Below are positions 9,285-18,848 of a stretch of 36,116 nt of DNA, piece after piece (the first letter of the stretch is position 1; every line of letters starts with the position of its first letter). This DNA comes from a virus. Taxonomy: Duplodnaviria; Caudoviricetes. The DNA lies in the IMG/VR virus record IMGVR_UViG_3300036546_000221, positions 1-36,116 of that record. One strand, written 5' to 3'. The position numbers were made by a program, and so were the translations under genes. A model generated the notes under the pieces. That model was not told the origin of the DNA and did not search any database. It saw only the letters and a list, made by a program, of their open reading frames with translations.

Positions 9285-10380
9285 CCTGCCGGACGTTGAT
9301 TTTACAGTAAAGGACACGGCCACTATAGAAGCCGATGTCATCGGGCACTACGAGGCCGCGACGGGTAAAAAACTATACCCGGGCGACCCCGTGCGCCTGT
9401 TCCTTGAGTCTGTGGCATACCGCATAGCGCAGCAGCGCACCTTGATTGATTTTGCCGCTAAGCAGAATCTGCTTGCATATTCAAGCGGCGATTTCCTCGA
9501 CCACCTCGGCGCGCTCGTGGGCACGGCCCGCAACCCCGCGCAGCCCGCGCTTACAACTGTGCGTTTTACGCTGTCTGCCGTGCAGGCCGGTGTCGTCACA
9601 ATCCCCAAGGGCAGCCGCGTAACGCCGGATGGCCAGTTGTTTTTTGCCACCACGGCGGCGGGAACCGTACCGCCCGGCGAGATGTATGTTGACGTGCAAG
9701 CTGCGTGCCAGACGGCGGGCACAGCGGGAAACGGTTTTGTAGCCGGGCAGATTGCCGTATTGGTTGACCCCGTGCCGTATGTGGCCAGTGCCGTCAACAC
9801 GACGACAACGGCGGGCGGCGCCGACACCGAAAGCGACGATAATTACAGGTTGCGTATATCGCAGGCGCCGGAGCAGTTTAGCGTTGCGGGGCCGTACCGG
9901 GCGTATGAGTATTGGGCGCGTACGGCGAACCAGGCCATTATTGATGTGTCGGTGTACTCGCCTACGCCGGGCGTTGTGCAGGTGCGCCCGCTTATGGTTG
10001 GTGGCACGCTGCCGACGCAGGATATACTCGACGCCGTTGATGCCATAGTTTCGGCTGATGATATCCGCCCGCTGACTGACAATGTCGAGGTTCTGGCGCC
10101 GGAAACGGTTACCTATGACATAACGGCGACGTACTACCTCGACGCGGACACAGCAAGCCCCGCAGCGGTGCAGGCAACCATTGATGATGCGGTTGCCGCG
10201 TTCCAGTTGTGGCAGTCCGGAAAGCTGGGGCGTGACATTAACCCGTCCGAGCTGGTGCGGCGCATACGTGATGCGGGGGCAAAACGTGTTACGGTGACGG
10301 CACCTGTGGACACGCCGCTCGAGGTGTGGCAGGTTGCGCAGGTTGGCACGGTTACGGTGACATACGGGGGGCTTGAATAA
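9268..10380 (+). CDS. Baseplate assembly protein J
   Basis: GDPVRLFL, LDHLGALVG, GGADTESDD, FSVAGP, RPLTDNV. Confidence 0.93.
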   Translation: MSMLNNLPDVDFTVKDTATIEADVIGHYEAATGKKLYPGDPVRLFLESVAYRIAQQRTLIDFAAKQNLLAYSSGDFLDHLGALVGTARNPAQPALTTVRFTLSAVQAGVVTIPKGSRVTPDGQLFFATTAAGTVPPGEMYVDVQAACQTAGTAGNGFVAGQIAVLVDPVPYVASAVNTTTTAGGADTESDDNYRLRISQAPEQFSVAGPYRAYEYWARTANQAIIDVSVYSPTPGVVQVRPLMVGGTLPTQDILDAVDAIVSADDIRPLTDNVEVLAPETVTYDITATYYLDADTASPAAVQATIDDAVAAFQLWQSGKLGRDINPSELVRRIRDAGAKRVTVTAPVDTPLEVWQVAQVGTVTVTYGGLE

Positions 10381-11045
10381 TGGCACGCGAATTGCAGGAC
10401 GTTACACTGCTTGACATCCTGCCGGGCAGCATTGCGCACGACGAGGACGTGCAGGCCGCAGCCAGTGCGCTGGGTGTTGCAATGTCCGATGTGGAGCGTG
10501 ACATATCGCTGGCCTACCTGTTTTCGCGCATTGATACCCTGCCCGAGGACGTGCTGGACCACCTCGGTTATCAGTTTCACATAACCGGCATTGAGGGGTG
10601 GCGGCTGGCGGCAACGGTTGCCGAAAAACGTAACCTTGTGCGTACGGCAATTGAGATACACCGGAAAAAGGGCACGAAATATGCAGTTGTGCGCGTGCTC
10701 GATTTGCTGGGTATGCGCGGCGTGGTTTCCGAGTGGTTCGAGTACGGCGGCAATCCGTACACGTTCAAAATCGATATTGACGTTGTGGGCTACCCCATCA
10801 CTACAGAGGTGCTCGCGCTGCTGGATGACCTAGTGGGCGAGTACAAGAGCGCCCGCAGCCACTACGAGGTTGACCTCGGATTGGCACAGCGGTCAAAAAT
10901 TTATCTCCCCGCATGGATGCAGACGGGCCACGTGGACACGCTGTACCCCGGTATAGCGGGTGCGCTGGCCGTGACGACCCCCGTTTACCACGGGCAGGGC
11001 TACCACACATGGGACATTGTGCGCCTGTTCCCCGAGGCGACGTAA
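10380..11045 (+). CDS. Tail protein I (P2 gpI-like)
   Basis: LDHLGYQFH, HRKKGTKYAV, EWFEYGGNPYTF, YKSARSH. Confidence 0.9.
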   Translation: MARELQDVTLLDILPGSIAHDEDVQAAASALGVAMSDVERDISLAYLFSRIDTLPEDVLDHLGYQFHITGIEGWRLAATVAEKRNLVRTAIEIHRKKGTKYAVVRVLDLLGMRGVVSEWFEYGGNPYTFKIDIDVVGYPITTEVLALLDDLVGEYKSARSHYEVDLGLAQRSKIYLPAWMQTGHVDTLYPGIAGALAVTTPVYHGQGYHTWDIVRLFPEAT

Positions 11046-11131
11046 ACTATCGAGGCTAGCGGCGAATTTTACGCAACGGGCGCAACGGTACAGGTTAATA
11101 CGATGACAATCTACCCGCAGGAGGTCTAGGG

Positions 11132-12037
11132 ATGGCCGATTTTTACACGATACTGACGAACACTGGCCGCAGCAAATTGGCGGCGGCACAGGCAGCGGGC
11201 ACGGCGGTGCAGCTGTCGCATATGGCGCTGGGTGACGGCGGTGGCAGCTACCACACACCGGACCCCACACAGACGGCGCTCGTTAACGAGCGTTACAGAA
11301 ACGCGCTTAACAGCGTGGCGGTTGACCCGCAAAATGAATTTTGGCTCGTGTGCGAACTCGTTGTGCCGTCCGCGACCGGCGGTTTTTATATTCGGGAGGT
11401 CGGCGTTTTTGACGTTGACGGCGACCTGATAGCGGTTGGCAAGTACCCGGAAACGTACAAGCCCACACTCGCCGACGGCGTAGCAAAAGATCTGCACATC
11501 AAAATGATTTTTGAAACGTCCAACGCCGCCAGCGTGTCTATTTCCGTTGACCCGTCCGTTATACTGGCCAGCAGGGATTACGTTGACGAGCATGCAGCAG
11601 TCAACGCAACCGAAACAACGAGCGGCCACATAGAACTGGCCACCGTTGCCGAGGCGCAGGCGGGAACTGACACAGAGAGGGCGGTAACACCTGCGGGGCT
11701 GGCTGCTGCGTTGTCAGAAATCGACCTCACAGGATACGTACAGAGCAGCGAGTTTACGCAGAGTCTGGGCGAAAGCGGCTGGCAACGGCTGCCCAGCGGG
11801 CTGATTCTGCAGTGGGGCACCGGTTCTGTATCAACTGGAGTCGCCACAGAGGTAACGCTGCCGATCGCCTACCCGAACGCGCAGCTGTCTTGCGTTGCTG
11901 TTATCGGCATTGACTACGGTTCTGCCGGCAACGACGCCATCGCTGTATACAACAGGATGGCAGGCAAGTTCACCCTGAAGGGAGAACACTCCGGTTCAAC
12001 AGTAATGCCATATTCATACATCTCCATCGGCTACTAA
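11132..12037 (+). CDS. Short tail fibre (DUF3751-type N-terminus, gp53-like C-terminal domain)
   Basis: TILTNTGRSKLA, GGFYIREVG, YPETYKP; ELATVAEAQAGTDTERAVTP fibre motif; GWQRLPSGLILQWG. Confidence 0.88.
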   Translation: MADFYTILTNTGRSKLAAAQAAGTAVQLSHMALGDGGGSYHTPDPTQTALVNERYRNALNSVAVDPQNEFWLVCELVVPSATGGFYIREVGVFDVDGDLIAVGKYPETYKPTLADGVAKDLHIKMIFETSNAASVSISVDPSVILASRDYVDEHAAVNATETTSGHIELATVAEAQAGTDTERAVTPAGLAAALSEIDLTGYVQSSEFTQSLGESGWQRLPSGLILQWGTGSVSTGVATEVTLPIAYPNAQLSCVAVIGIDYGSAGNDAIAVYNRMAGKFTLKGEHSGSTVMPYSYISIGY

Positions 12038-12049
12038 GGAGGCCGCGCA

Positions 12050-12565
12050 ATGAAATACAGCCCTTCAACAAACGCATTCTACCATCCCGCAGTTCACGGC
12101 CATGCCATTCCTGCCGATGCCGTGGCCGTCAGTCCCGAAGAGCATGCCACACTGCTGGCCGCACAGGCGCGTGGTGAAATCATCAGACCCGACGAAAACG
12201 GCCAGCCCGTGGCGGTTGCACCCGCGCCGCATGTGCCGACCCGCGCCGAACTGCTCGCCGCTATAAACGCCGAAAAAAACCGGCGGCGGGACGGCGGGTT
12301 TACCGTTGACGGCGTGCTGTGGGACAGCGATTATGCCGCGCGGCTGGCGTATGCCGAGGTGCGCACCGCGTTTGATGCCGACCCCGCGTACACAGTAGAG
12401 TGGAAGGCCAGCGCGGGCCAGTGGGTTACACTGGACAAGGCGTTGTATGATGCCGTGCGCGCAGCGGGCGCAGCGCATATAGCCGCAGCGTTTGCATGGC
12501 AGCGGCAGAAAGAGGAAGAACTGGCGGCCCTGCCCGACGGCGAGCTGGGCACGTTCACCATTTAA
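12050..12565 (+). CDS. Tail fibre assembly protein (DUF4376-like C-terminus)
   Basis: YSPSTNAFY..IPADAV..GEIIRPDENGQPV; WKASAGQWVTL; follows the fibre gene. Confidence 0.8.
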   Translation: MKYSPSTNAFYHPAVHGHAIPADAVAVSPEEHATLLAAQARGEIIRPDENGQPVAVAPAPHVPTRAELLAAINAEKNRRRDGGFTVDGVLWDSDYAARLAYAEVRTAFDADPAYTVEWKASAGQWVTLDKALYDAVRAAGAAHIAAAFAWQRQKEEELAALPDGELGTFTI

Positions 12566-12672
12566 CCGCACGGGGTTGTGGTTGCGCCGTGTTTAATTGG
12601 TTGCCGTAACCTTGCCCCGCATTGCGTTATAGGTTATACCTAAAAGAAAACCGCAAGGGGGGGGGTGTATGT

Positions 12673-12987
12673 ATGGCACCGCGCCAGCCACAGCTTGACC
12701 AGACGACAATAGATATTATCAAAGCTACGGTACGCGAAGCGGTGCGCGAGGCAAACACGGAACACAAGTGCATCGTAGGGCTGTCGCCGGACGACCGCAA
12801 GGTTTTTGACCAGCTGCGGGTCATGCTTGTTGAGCACAACCCTACAGAATTGCGCGAAAACCACGAGTTTATTAAGTGGGTGCGCAGCGTCCGCAACAAG
12901 GTGGGCAACGTGTTCATCGGCGTTGTTGTCGTAGCCCTCACAACATGGGCGGGCATAAAATTATTCCCGTCTATTTTCCACAAATAG
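12673..12987 (+). CDS. Membrane protein with one C-terminal TMD (possible holin/antiholin)
   Basis: VFIGVVVVALTTWAGIKLF hydrophobic segment; first gene of the lysis cluster. Confidence 0.55.
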   Translation: MAPRQPQLDQTTIDIIKATVREAVREANTEHKCIVGLSPDDRKVFDQLRVMLVEHNPTELRENHEFIKWVRSVRNKVGNVFIGVVVVALTTWAGIKLFPSIFHK

Positions 12988-12998
12988 GAGGCGTTACC

Positions 12999-13178
12999 AT
13001 GATTGATTACATCACACAGAACTGGAGCGGCATTGTTGCCATTGCCACCGCAGCCGTCACGCTGGCAAGCGCCATTGCTGCACTCACCCCTACACCCAAG
13101 GATGACGGCATTGTCAAGGTGCTGTATAAACTGGTTGACTGGCTGGCCCTGAACGTAGGGAAAGCCAAGGACAAATAA
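12999..13178 (+). CDS. Small holin-like protein
   Basis: AGGAGG RBS; MIDYITQNWSGIVAIATAAVTLASAIAALTPTPKDD...LALNVGKAKDK, a TMD plus basic tail. Confidence 0.7.
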   Translation: MIDYITQNWSGIVAIATAAVTLASAIAALTPTPKDDGIVKVLYKLVDWLALNVGKAKDK

Positions 13179-13182
13179 GGCC

Positions 13183-13413
13183 ATGTTTAAATGGCTTGAC
13201 GTGCTGGCAAGGATCGCGCAATTTGTGCTGGGCCTTGTGCAGCAGAGCAGGCGGGAGGCGCAGCAACGTGAAGTACAGGAAGAAAGCCGCCGCATTGATA
13301 GTGACCCTGTTGCTGTTTTCCGTGAGCGTTTCGGGGTGCGTGACGACGGGCGGGCAGGCGGAACCGGCACCACTACCGCCGCGCCCGACACTGGAAAGCA
13401 TGACGGAAAATGA
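13183..13413 (+). CDS. Inner-membrane spanin (Rz-like)
   Basis: N-terminal hydrophobic helix then a charged helical region; overlapped by a lipoprotein gene. Confidence 0.6.
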   Translation: MFKWLDVLARIAQFVLGLVQQSRREAQQREVQEESRRIDSDPVAVFRERFGVRDDGRAGGTGTTTAAPDTGKHDGK

Positions 13414-13489
13414 ACAGGGCGGCATATGCATTGACCGGCAGGACACTGCCGAGTTGCTGCATTATATTGACGCTCTGGAACGGAGGTAG
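13268..13489 (+). CDS. Outer-membrane lipoprotein spanin (Rz1-like)
   Basis: GGAGG then GTG 13268; MKYRKKAAALIVTLLLFSVSVSG-C lipobox; Pro-rich PAPLPPRP. Confidence 0.75.
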   Translation: MKYRKKAAALIVTLLLFSVSVSGCVTTGGQAEPAPLPPRPTLESMTENEQGGICIDRQDTAELLHYIDALERR

Positions 13490-13492
13490 CCT

Positions 13493-13915
13493 ATGGCTGT
13501 TTATAAATGCCAGTTTTTCAACATAAAAGAACTCGTGCCGCGCGCGTTTTACGAGCACTACGGCGATACCGACCGTGCGTGGATGGTATTCGACCAGCGT
13601 GCGTTGCGCGCACTGGACGAACTGCGGCGGGTGTTCGGCGCGTGCACCGTTAACGACTGGCCGTTTGGCGGCACAAATGAATACCGGGGCTACAGGCCGC
13701 CCGGCTGCACGGTAGGCGCTGCGCTGTCCCAGCACCGTTTCGGGCGGGCGTTTGACTGCCATTTCCAATATGCTACGGCTGCCGATGTGCGGCAGTATAT
13801 CCGCGAGGAGCACGCCAACATCGCGGGCCTGATAACCCGCGTTGAGGATAACGTGAGCTGGCTCCATTTCGACACTGGTAACCATTATCCCGGCATTCGG
13901 TTTTTTGCGCCCTGA
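13493..13915 (+). CDS. Endolysin, peptidase M15 family
   Basis: GYR...SQHRFGRAFD...WLHFD zinc-peptidase motifs. Confidence 0.85.
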   Translation: MAVYKCQFFNIKELVPRAFYEHYGDTDRAWMVFDQRALRALDELRRVFGACTVNDWPFGGTNEYRGYRPPGCTVGAALSQHRFGRAFDCHFQYATAADVRQYIREEHANIAGLITRVEDNVSWLHFDTGNHYPGIRFFAP

Positions 13916-16371
13916 CGCTTGCGCTGCCGTGTACGGTATATATGGTGTGCCCATCCGGGCTTGTAACCCCGCTGTTTAGCAATGGCAAGCAAGTCCTGCA
14001 GCGTTTCGGCCTGCCCCTGTTCGCGGCGCATGGCCGCACGGCGTGCCATAATGACGGCTGGGTCTATTTCCTGCAGTTCGCCGTCAACCTCCTCAAGTGC
14101 GCGCGGTTTTGGTGTATACTCATATCCGCATTGCGGGCATTTAGGTGCGGGGTTGTGTACGGCAAAGCACTGCGGGCACTGCTTAAAACGTTCGTCGGCA
14201 TCCTTTTTGCCGCCGCTTTTGCCCTGCTTGCCGTCCAGTGACCATTCGCGCTCCTCCTCGGCCAGCCCGTGCCGTTCGAGGTTCCCGACGTGGTCGAGTA
14301 TAAAGCTGCACGCTTTGCCGGGGTGCGTGCGCAATACACGGCCTACCTGTTGCAGGTGCAGACTGAGGCTGTGCGTAGGGCGCAGCAGGATTGCAGCCGT
14401 CACGACGGGCAGGTCAAAGCCCTCATTGATTATTTCGCAGCTTGTGAGCACCCGTATTGTACCGTTGCCGAGGTCATAAACCCTTTTTTTTCGCTCGTGG
14501 TCCGTGAGCGTGCCGTCAATGGTGGCCGCCGGTATGCAGGCCGCGCGGAACGTCTCGGCAACGTGTTCGGCGTGGGCAACGCTGGCGCAGAACGCGACGG
14601 CAGGTGCGCCGTGGCATATTTTGCGGTAATGTGCCACGGCGTCGCCGGTTATGGTCGGTTTATCCATGCGCGCCGCCGTTTCCCTGCGTGCGAAATCGCC
14701 GCCTTGCTTGCGTATGCCGGACAAATCCGCGCGGCTGGGCGGCGCATAGTATACGGGGCGCGATAAAAAACCGCGCGTTATCAGCTCGTGGACAGGCGGC
14801 CCCAACACCATGTCATCAAACACGCCGCCGCAATCGATACCCAAACCCTGCCCGTCAAGCCGTGCCGGTGTTGCCGTCACGCCCAGCACACGCGCCGCCG
14901 GGTATGCGCTTAAAACCCTGCGCCAGCTGCCTGCAGTGGCGTGGTGGCACTCGTCAACCACAATCAAGTCCGGCGGCGGCGCTATATGTGTACGCCGCAC
15001 AAGCGTCTGCACGCTGGCCACCTGCACCGCGCGCGTATAGTCCGGTGTGTAGCGTGGCGATATTAGCCCGTGGCGTACCCCGCACTCGGTCAGTGTGTCG
15101 CTGGCCTGCCGCAAAAGTTCGTCGCGGTGCACCAGTATATATACGCGGTTGCCCTTGGCGGCTGCCCCGTCGGTTATGTGGGCAAAGCAGACGGTGTTGT
15201 GCGTTACGGTAAAATCGCCCAACAGAAAAAGCCTGTCTGCACCGTCAATTTCGAATCCGTAATACCGGCCAACGCCAACAGGCTCAACGCGTATACCGGT
15301 GCGCAATACGTTTTTTTTCTGTTTGCGTGGCTGGGCCTGCCTGCGTGGCACTCGGCACGGCACCGTATCTAAGTGGCCCGATATGGTTATCGACCAATAT
15401 TCATGACGCGCACCTGTGTTGGTGCAAGTTTTTTTTACAGGACGAACATACGCGGCAAAACCTAGCGACCTAGCGAGGAAAACCGTATCCATAGCAAGCG
15501 CCCGCTGCTTGAAAACTATACTCCAGTGTCCATGGTGCAGGTATCCATCAGTGTCTATCAGGCCAGCCAGTAGTTGTAACCTGTCCTGCCTGCTGGCCGT
15601 CTTGTAAGCGTGCGGAATGTGCTTGTTGAGTATCAAGTCTAGTTCGCCAAGCGCTTTTTTGATGTGGTTGCTTTTGTAGCCACGTCCAACAGCGCTATTG
15701 TTTGGCCTAGTTATTGTGTATTGCGGCACTTTGTCGGTGTCGTGTATGCGTACGTTGTGGCCTATTGATTCAGCATATGCAATCCACTCGGCCACCACCT
15801 CGGCGTCCACGTTGCAAATGCTCGCCGTGCGTGAATTGCCATCACCGAGCCACACGCCAAGGATGTATGGCGGCAGTGGCAATTGCCTTTTTTCGCCCAA
15901 ATCTGGGAAGTCGACACCCGTGCGCCAACCTTTTGCGGCATGCTTGAATTTTTTGCTTGATGATATGTATTCGCTGATAGTTATGTTTGCCACATCGCCA
16001 GCATTAAAACGCTGGCCGCTTGCTGACATAACGCTATTCTTTCCGCTTATAACTAGGCTCAGAACGTGGCTTGCATTAACCGTATACGGCTCGCCCTTTG
16101 TTGGTGTTATGCGGTACATTTCCTCGGTGCCGGTACACTTTGACACAACGCTGCGCGGGCCACTATCAGGCCCCATTAATACATCACCTACTGTTACGTT
16201 TTCTGCTGTCTTAATTGTTCCGTCGTACATAAGCACTGGTGTACCTGCGGCCAGACATTTCCCTCCGCCGGTGCCCAGCACAAGGCACGGAGCTTTACAA
16301 CCCCGTGCGTATGACTGCCGCAGCGCATCAACAGCCCGCCGCTGATAATCGCGTAACTGGTAGCGCATCAC
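13885..16371 (-). CDS. SF2 DEAD/DEAH-box helicase (RadD/UvsW-like) precursor containing an intein
   Basis: LRDYQ Q-motif, GTGGGK|T Walker A, DECHH, TATP, EGFD, QQVGRVLR, C-terminal CPQC/CPQC zinc finger. Confidence 0.92.
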   Translation of the reverse strand: MMRYQLRDYQRRAVDALRQSYARGCKAPCLVLGTGGGKCLAAGTPVLMYDGTIKTAENVTVGDVLMGPDSGPRSVVSKCTGTEEMYRITPTKGEPYTVNASHVLSLVISGKNSVMSASGQRFNAGDVANITISEYISSSKKFKHAAKGWRTGVDFPDLGEKRQLPLPPYILGVWLGDGNSRTASICNVDAEVVAEWIAYAESIGHNVRIHDTDKVPQYTITRPNNSAVGRGYKSNHIKKALGELDLILNKHIPHAYKTASRQDRLQLLAGLIDTDGYLHHGHWSIVFKQRALAMDTVFLARSLGFAAYVRPVKKTCTNTGARHEYWSITISGHLDTVPCRVPRRQAQPRKQKKNVLRTGIRVEPVGVGRYYGFEIDGADRLFLLGDFTVTHNTVCFAHITDGAAAKGNRVYILVHRDELLRQASDTLTECGVRHGLISPRYTPDYTRAVQVASVQTLVRRTHIAPPPDLIVVDECHHATAGSWRRVLSAYPAARVLGVTATPARLDGQGLGIDCGGVFDDMVLGPPVHELITRGFLSRPVYYAPPSRADLSGIRKQGGDFARRETAARMDKPTITGDAVAHYRKICHGAPAVAFCASVAHAEHVAETFRAACIPAATIDGTLTDHERKKRVYDLGNGTIRVLTSCEIINEGFDLPVVTAAILLRPTHSLSLHLQQVGRVLRTHPGKACSFILDHVGNLERHGLAEEEREWSLDGKQGKSGGKKDADERFKQCPQCFAVHNPAPKCPQCGYEYTPKPRALEEVDGELQEIDPAVIMARRAAMRREQGQAETLQDLLAIAKQRGYKPGWAHHIYRTRQRKRQGAKNRMPG
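15196..16257 (-). mobile_element. Intein (354 aa) with LAGLIDADG homing endonuclease
   Basis: Starts CLAAGTPVLMYDG; block B NASHVL; YILGVWLGDG and LLAGLIDTDG; ends DFTVTHN before T(+1); lies between K and T of Walker A. Confidence 0.95.
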
Positions 16372-16568
16372 TGTGCCCGCTTTTCTGCCGCCGCTATGGT
16401 TTCGTCAATTTTTATCAGCACGCGGTATTGCGGGCTGGTGCGGCCAGTTTCCCAGCGGTACCACGTGGAAAACGGCAGGCCGCACCGTTCGAGCAGTGCT
16501 TTTTTGTCCCAGCCGATAGCCGCAGCCCGGCTTTCAAAATCTGTCAATATATCCTTAACAGTCTGCAT
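16368..16568 (-). CDS. Cro-like XRE helix-turn-helix regulator
   Basis: 66 aa; LLERCGLPFSTWYRWETGRTSP; GGAGG RBS; coupled to the helicase start. Confidence 0.8.
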   Translation of the reverse strand: MQTVKDILTDFESRAAAIGWDKKALLERCGLPFSTWYRWETGRTSPQYRVLIKIDETIAAAEKRAQ

Positions 16569-16599
16569 AATGCCTCCGTGTATGGGTTAATTTCGTTGC

Positions 16600-16628
16600 A
16601 CATTAGCAAAGGCACGGCACAATTGCAA
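16600..16628 (-). promoter_or_regulatory. Promoter of the cro-helicase operon
   Basis: TTGCAA-N17-TAATGT. Confidence 0.6.
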
Positions 16629-16654
16629 GGCATAAAAAAAAACAAAAAAACCGC

Positions 16655-16743
16655 TTGCCATTGCTTTGCAGTTTTGCTAGTTATGGTGCCACGGACGGCA
16701 TACAGCCGGACAACACACAACTGAAAAGGAGCAACACACCATG
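16655..16743 (+). promoter_or_regulatory. Repeated promoter-leader module, copy A
   Basis: TTGCCA-N17-TAGTTA, CACGGACGGC..GCCGGAC leader and GGAGCAACACAC RBS; similar to copies at 24024 and 30445. Confidence 0.65.
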
Positions 16744-17982
16744 ACGAAAATAGTTAAATTGACGGCAGAAAACGTAAAGCGGCTGCGCGCCGTTGAAATC
16801 ACCCCCGACGGCAACCTTGTTGTCATTGGTGGCAGGAACGCACAGGGCAAAACCAGCGTGCTTGATTGCATAATGTATGCGCTTGCGGGCGGCAAAGCCT
16901 TGCCCGCAAAGCCGTTGCGTGACGGCGAAAAGAAAGGAAAAATCATTGCAGAGCTTGACGATTTTATAGTTACGCGCACGTTTACCGAGGCGGGCGGCGG
17001 CACGCTCAGGGTCGAAAACAAAGAAGGCGCGCAATTCAAAAGTCCGCAGGCAATACTTGACGGGCTGACTGGTCAGCTGGCCTTTGACCCGCTGGCCTTT
17101 TCCCGCATGGAGCCGCGCAAACAGCTTGACACGCTGCGTGAACTCGTTGGTCTTGATTTCGAGGAATATGACGCCAAACGCAAGGCACTCTACGATGAAC
17201 GCACAGCGGTAAACCGTGATGGCAAGGCCCTCGCCGCGCAATACGATGCCGCGCCACACCACGACGACGCGCCGGAAAATGAAACGCCTCTTTCGGAACT
17301 GCTTGAAGAACAAGCGCGGCTTGATGATGCCCAGCGTGCGCATGACGAGGCTGTGCGCACCTCTGACACGCTTGTTGGTATGGAGGCAGATTTGATTGAT
17401 GACATTGCAGACCTTGAAATGCGCATTGCTGGAAAGCGCGAAAATCTTGACGAGGTGCGCAAAAAAATCAAACGGCAGGCCAAAATTATAACTGAACGAC
17501 CCGATATGGGCGGGCAGCTTGCCGAAATACGCCAGCGTATTGCAACAGCAGACGAGGCCAACCGCAAGGCGCGCGAAAACAAAAAACGCGCCGAGCTCGC
17601 CGCACTGCTTGACGAGAAGCGCGCCGAGTCACATCGGTTGGGCGAGGAAATCAAAGCTATTGATAACTCAAAAGCGGCCAAAATTGCTGCGGCGACGTTC
17701 CCCATTGACGGCCTTTCGATAGGTGACGACGGCGTGCTGTACAATGGGATCCCGCTTTCACAGGCCAGCGCAGCCGAGCAACTTCGCGTTTCTGTCGCCA
17801 TAGGCATAGCGGCAAATCCCAAACTGCGCGTCATGCTCATACGCGACGGCAGTTTGCTTGATGATGAGTCGCTCGCAACCATCGCAAGTATGGCAAACGA
17901 TGCAGACGCTCAGGTGTGGATTGAACGTGTTGGCAAGGGTGCCGAATGCTCGGTCATCATTGAGGACGGCGCCGTCGAGTAG
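16741..17982 (+). CDS. SMC/RecN-like ABC ATPase (AAA_23) with coiled coil
   Basis: ENVKRL, GGRNAQGKTS Walker A, long coiled coil, SQASAAEQ signature, MLIRDGSLLD. Confidence 0.85.
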   Translation: MTKIVKLTAENVKRLRAVEITPDGNLVVIGGRNAQGKTSVLDCIMYALAGGKALPAKPLRDGEKKGKIIAELDDFIVTRTFTEAGGGTLRVENKEGAQFKSPQAILDGLTGQLAFDPLAFSRMEPRKQLDTLRELVGLDFEEYDAKRKALYDERTAVNRDGKALAAQYDAAPHHDDAPENETPLSELLEEQARLDDAQRAHDEAVRTSDTLVGMEADLIDDIADLEMRIAGKRENLDEVRKKIKRQAKIITERPDMGGQLAEIRQRIATADEANRKARENKKRAELAALLDEKRAESHRLGEEIKAIDNSKAAKIAAATFPIDGLSIGDDGVLYNGIPLSQASAAEQLRVSVAIGIAANPKLRVMLIRDGSLLDDESLATIASMANDADAQVWIERVGKGAECSVIIEDGAVE

Positions 17983-18031
17983 TAAACTATGGGGCGGGAA
18001 ACCGCCCTTACATACACAGGAGTAACACACC

Positions 18032-18847
18032 ATGAAACCAGGCATATACCACGGGCTGAGCAACGCGGATTACCACAGCGGCGAGGGCATATCGAAAACC
18101 GGCCTCGACCGCATCAACCGTTGCCCGGCGTTTTACCAGCACTGCAAAACACAACCCCACAAGGAAACCCCCGCGCTTGTTTTTGGGCGCGCGGTGCATA
18201 CCGCCGTGCTTGAGCCGCATCTGTTTGCCGCCGAGTATGCGGTTGTGCCGGATATTGACAGGCGCACAAAGGCGGGCAAGGAGGAGTACGCCGCTTTCAT
18301 CGTCGACAACGGCGACAAAACCATACTGACCGCCGACCAGTACGCACGGGCCGAGGCTATACAGACCGCCGTTTATGCACACCCCGCCGCAGCGGCGTTG
18401 CTTGGCGGGCAGGGGCTTAATGAGGCGAGCATATTCTGGCACGACGAGGCAAGCGGCGTACTGTGTAAGTGCAGGCCGGACAGGCTGCGCGATGACAACA
18501 TCATTGTGGACGTAAAAACAACGACGAACGCGAGCCACGAGCATTTTATACGGGACGCGTACAACTACCGATACCACGTGCAGGCGGCGTACTATATGGA
18601 TGGTGTCGGTGCCGCAACGGGTAACGAGCCGCCAGCCTTTATTTTCCTCGCCGTCGAGAGCGAGCCGCCGCACCTCGTGGCGTGCTACATGGCCGATGAT
18701 GATATGCTGATGTTGGGGCGTGACGAGTACCGCCTGAATCTGGATGCATACGCGGCATGTATGCGCACCGGCGTATGGGGTGGCTATGGCGACAGGGTGC
18801 AGCCGCTGGGGCTGCCCGCGTGGGCACTTAAAAAATTGGGGTTGTAA
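18032..18847 (+). CDS. RecE/exonuclease VIII-like PD-(D/E)XK nuclease (DUF3799)
   Basis: YH..ISKTGL, FGRAVHTAVLEP, KCRPD, DVKTT, YHVQAAYY. Confidence 0.9.
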   Translation: MKPGIYHGLSNADYHSGEGISKTGLDRINRCPAFYQHCKTQPHKETPALVFGRAVHTAVLEPHLFAAEYAVVPDIDRRTKAGKEEYAAFIVDNGDKTILTADQYARAEAIQTAVYAHPAAAALLGGQGLNEASIFWHDEASGVLCKCRPDRLRDDNIIVDVKTTTNASHEHFIRDAYNYRYHVQAAYYMDGVGAATGNEPPAFIFLAVESEPPHLVACYMADDDMLMLGRDEYRLNLDAYAACMRTGVWGGYGDRVQPLGLPAWALKKLGL

Positions 18848-18848
18848 T

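Noticed and set aside
11580-12200. DGR variable region or invertible fibre segment
   Set aside because: No reverse transcriptase, template repeat, invertase or second fibre tip in the window; the compositional shift fits ordinary module exchange
12657-12665. G9 tract (and G7 at 4022) as a phase-variation switch
   Set aside because: Both are intergenic and double as SD sequences; a single sequence gives no evidence of length variation
17991-18010. GNRA hairpin GGGCGG-GAAA-CCGCCC (also stems near 24310 and 29930) as terminators
   Set aside because: No U tract; more likely mRNA stability or processing stems, and function cannot be assigned
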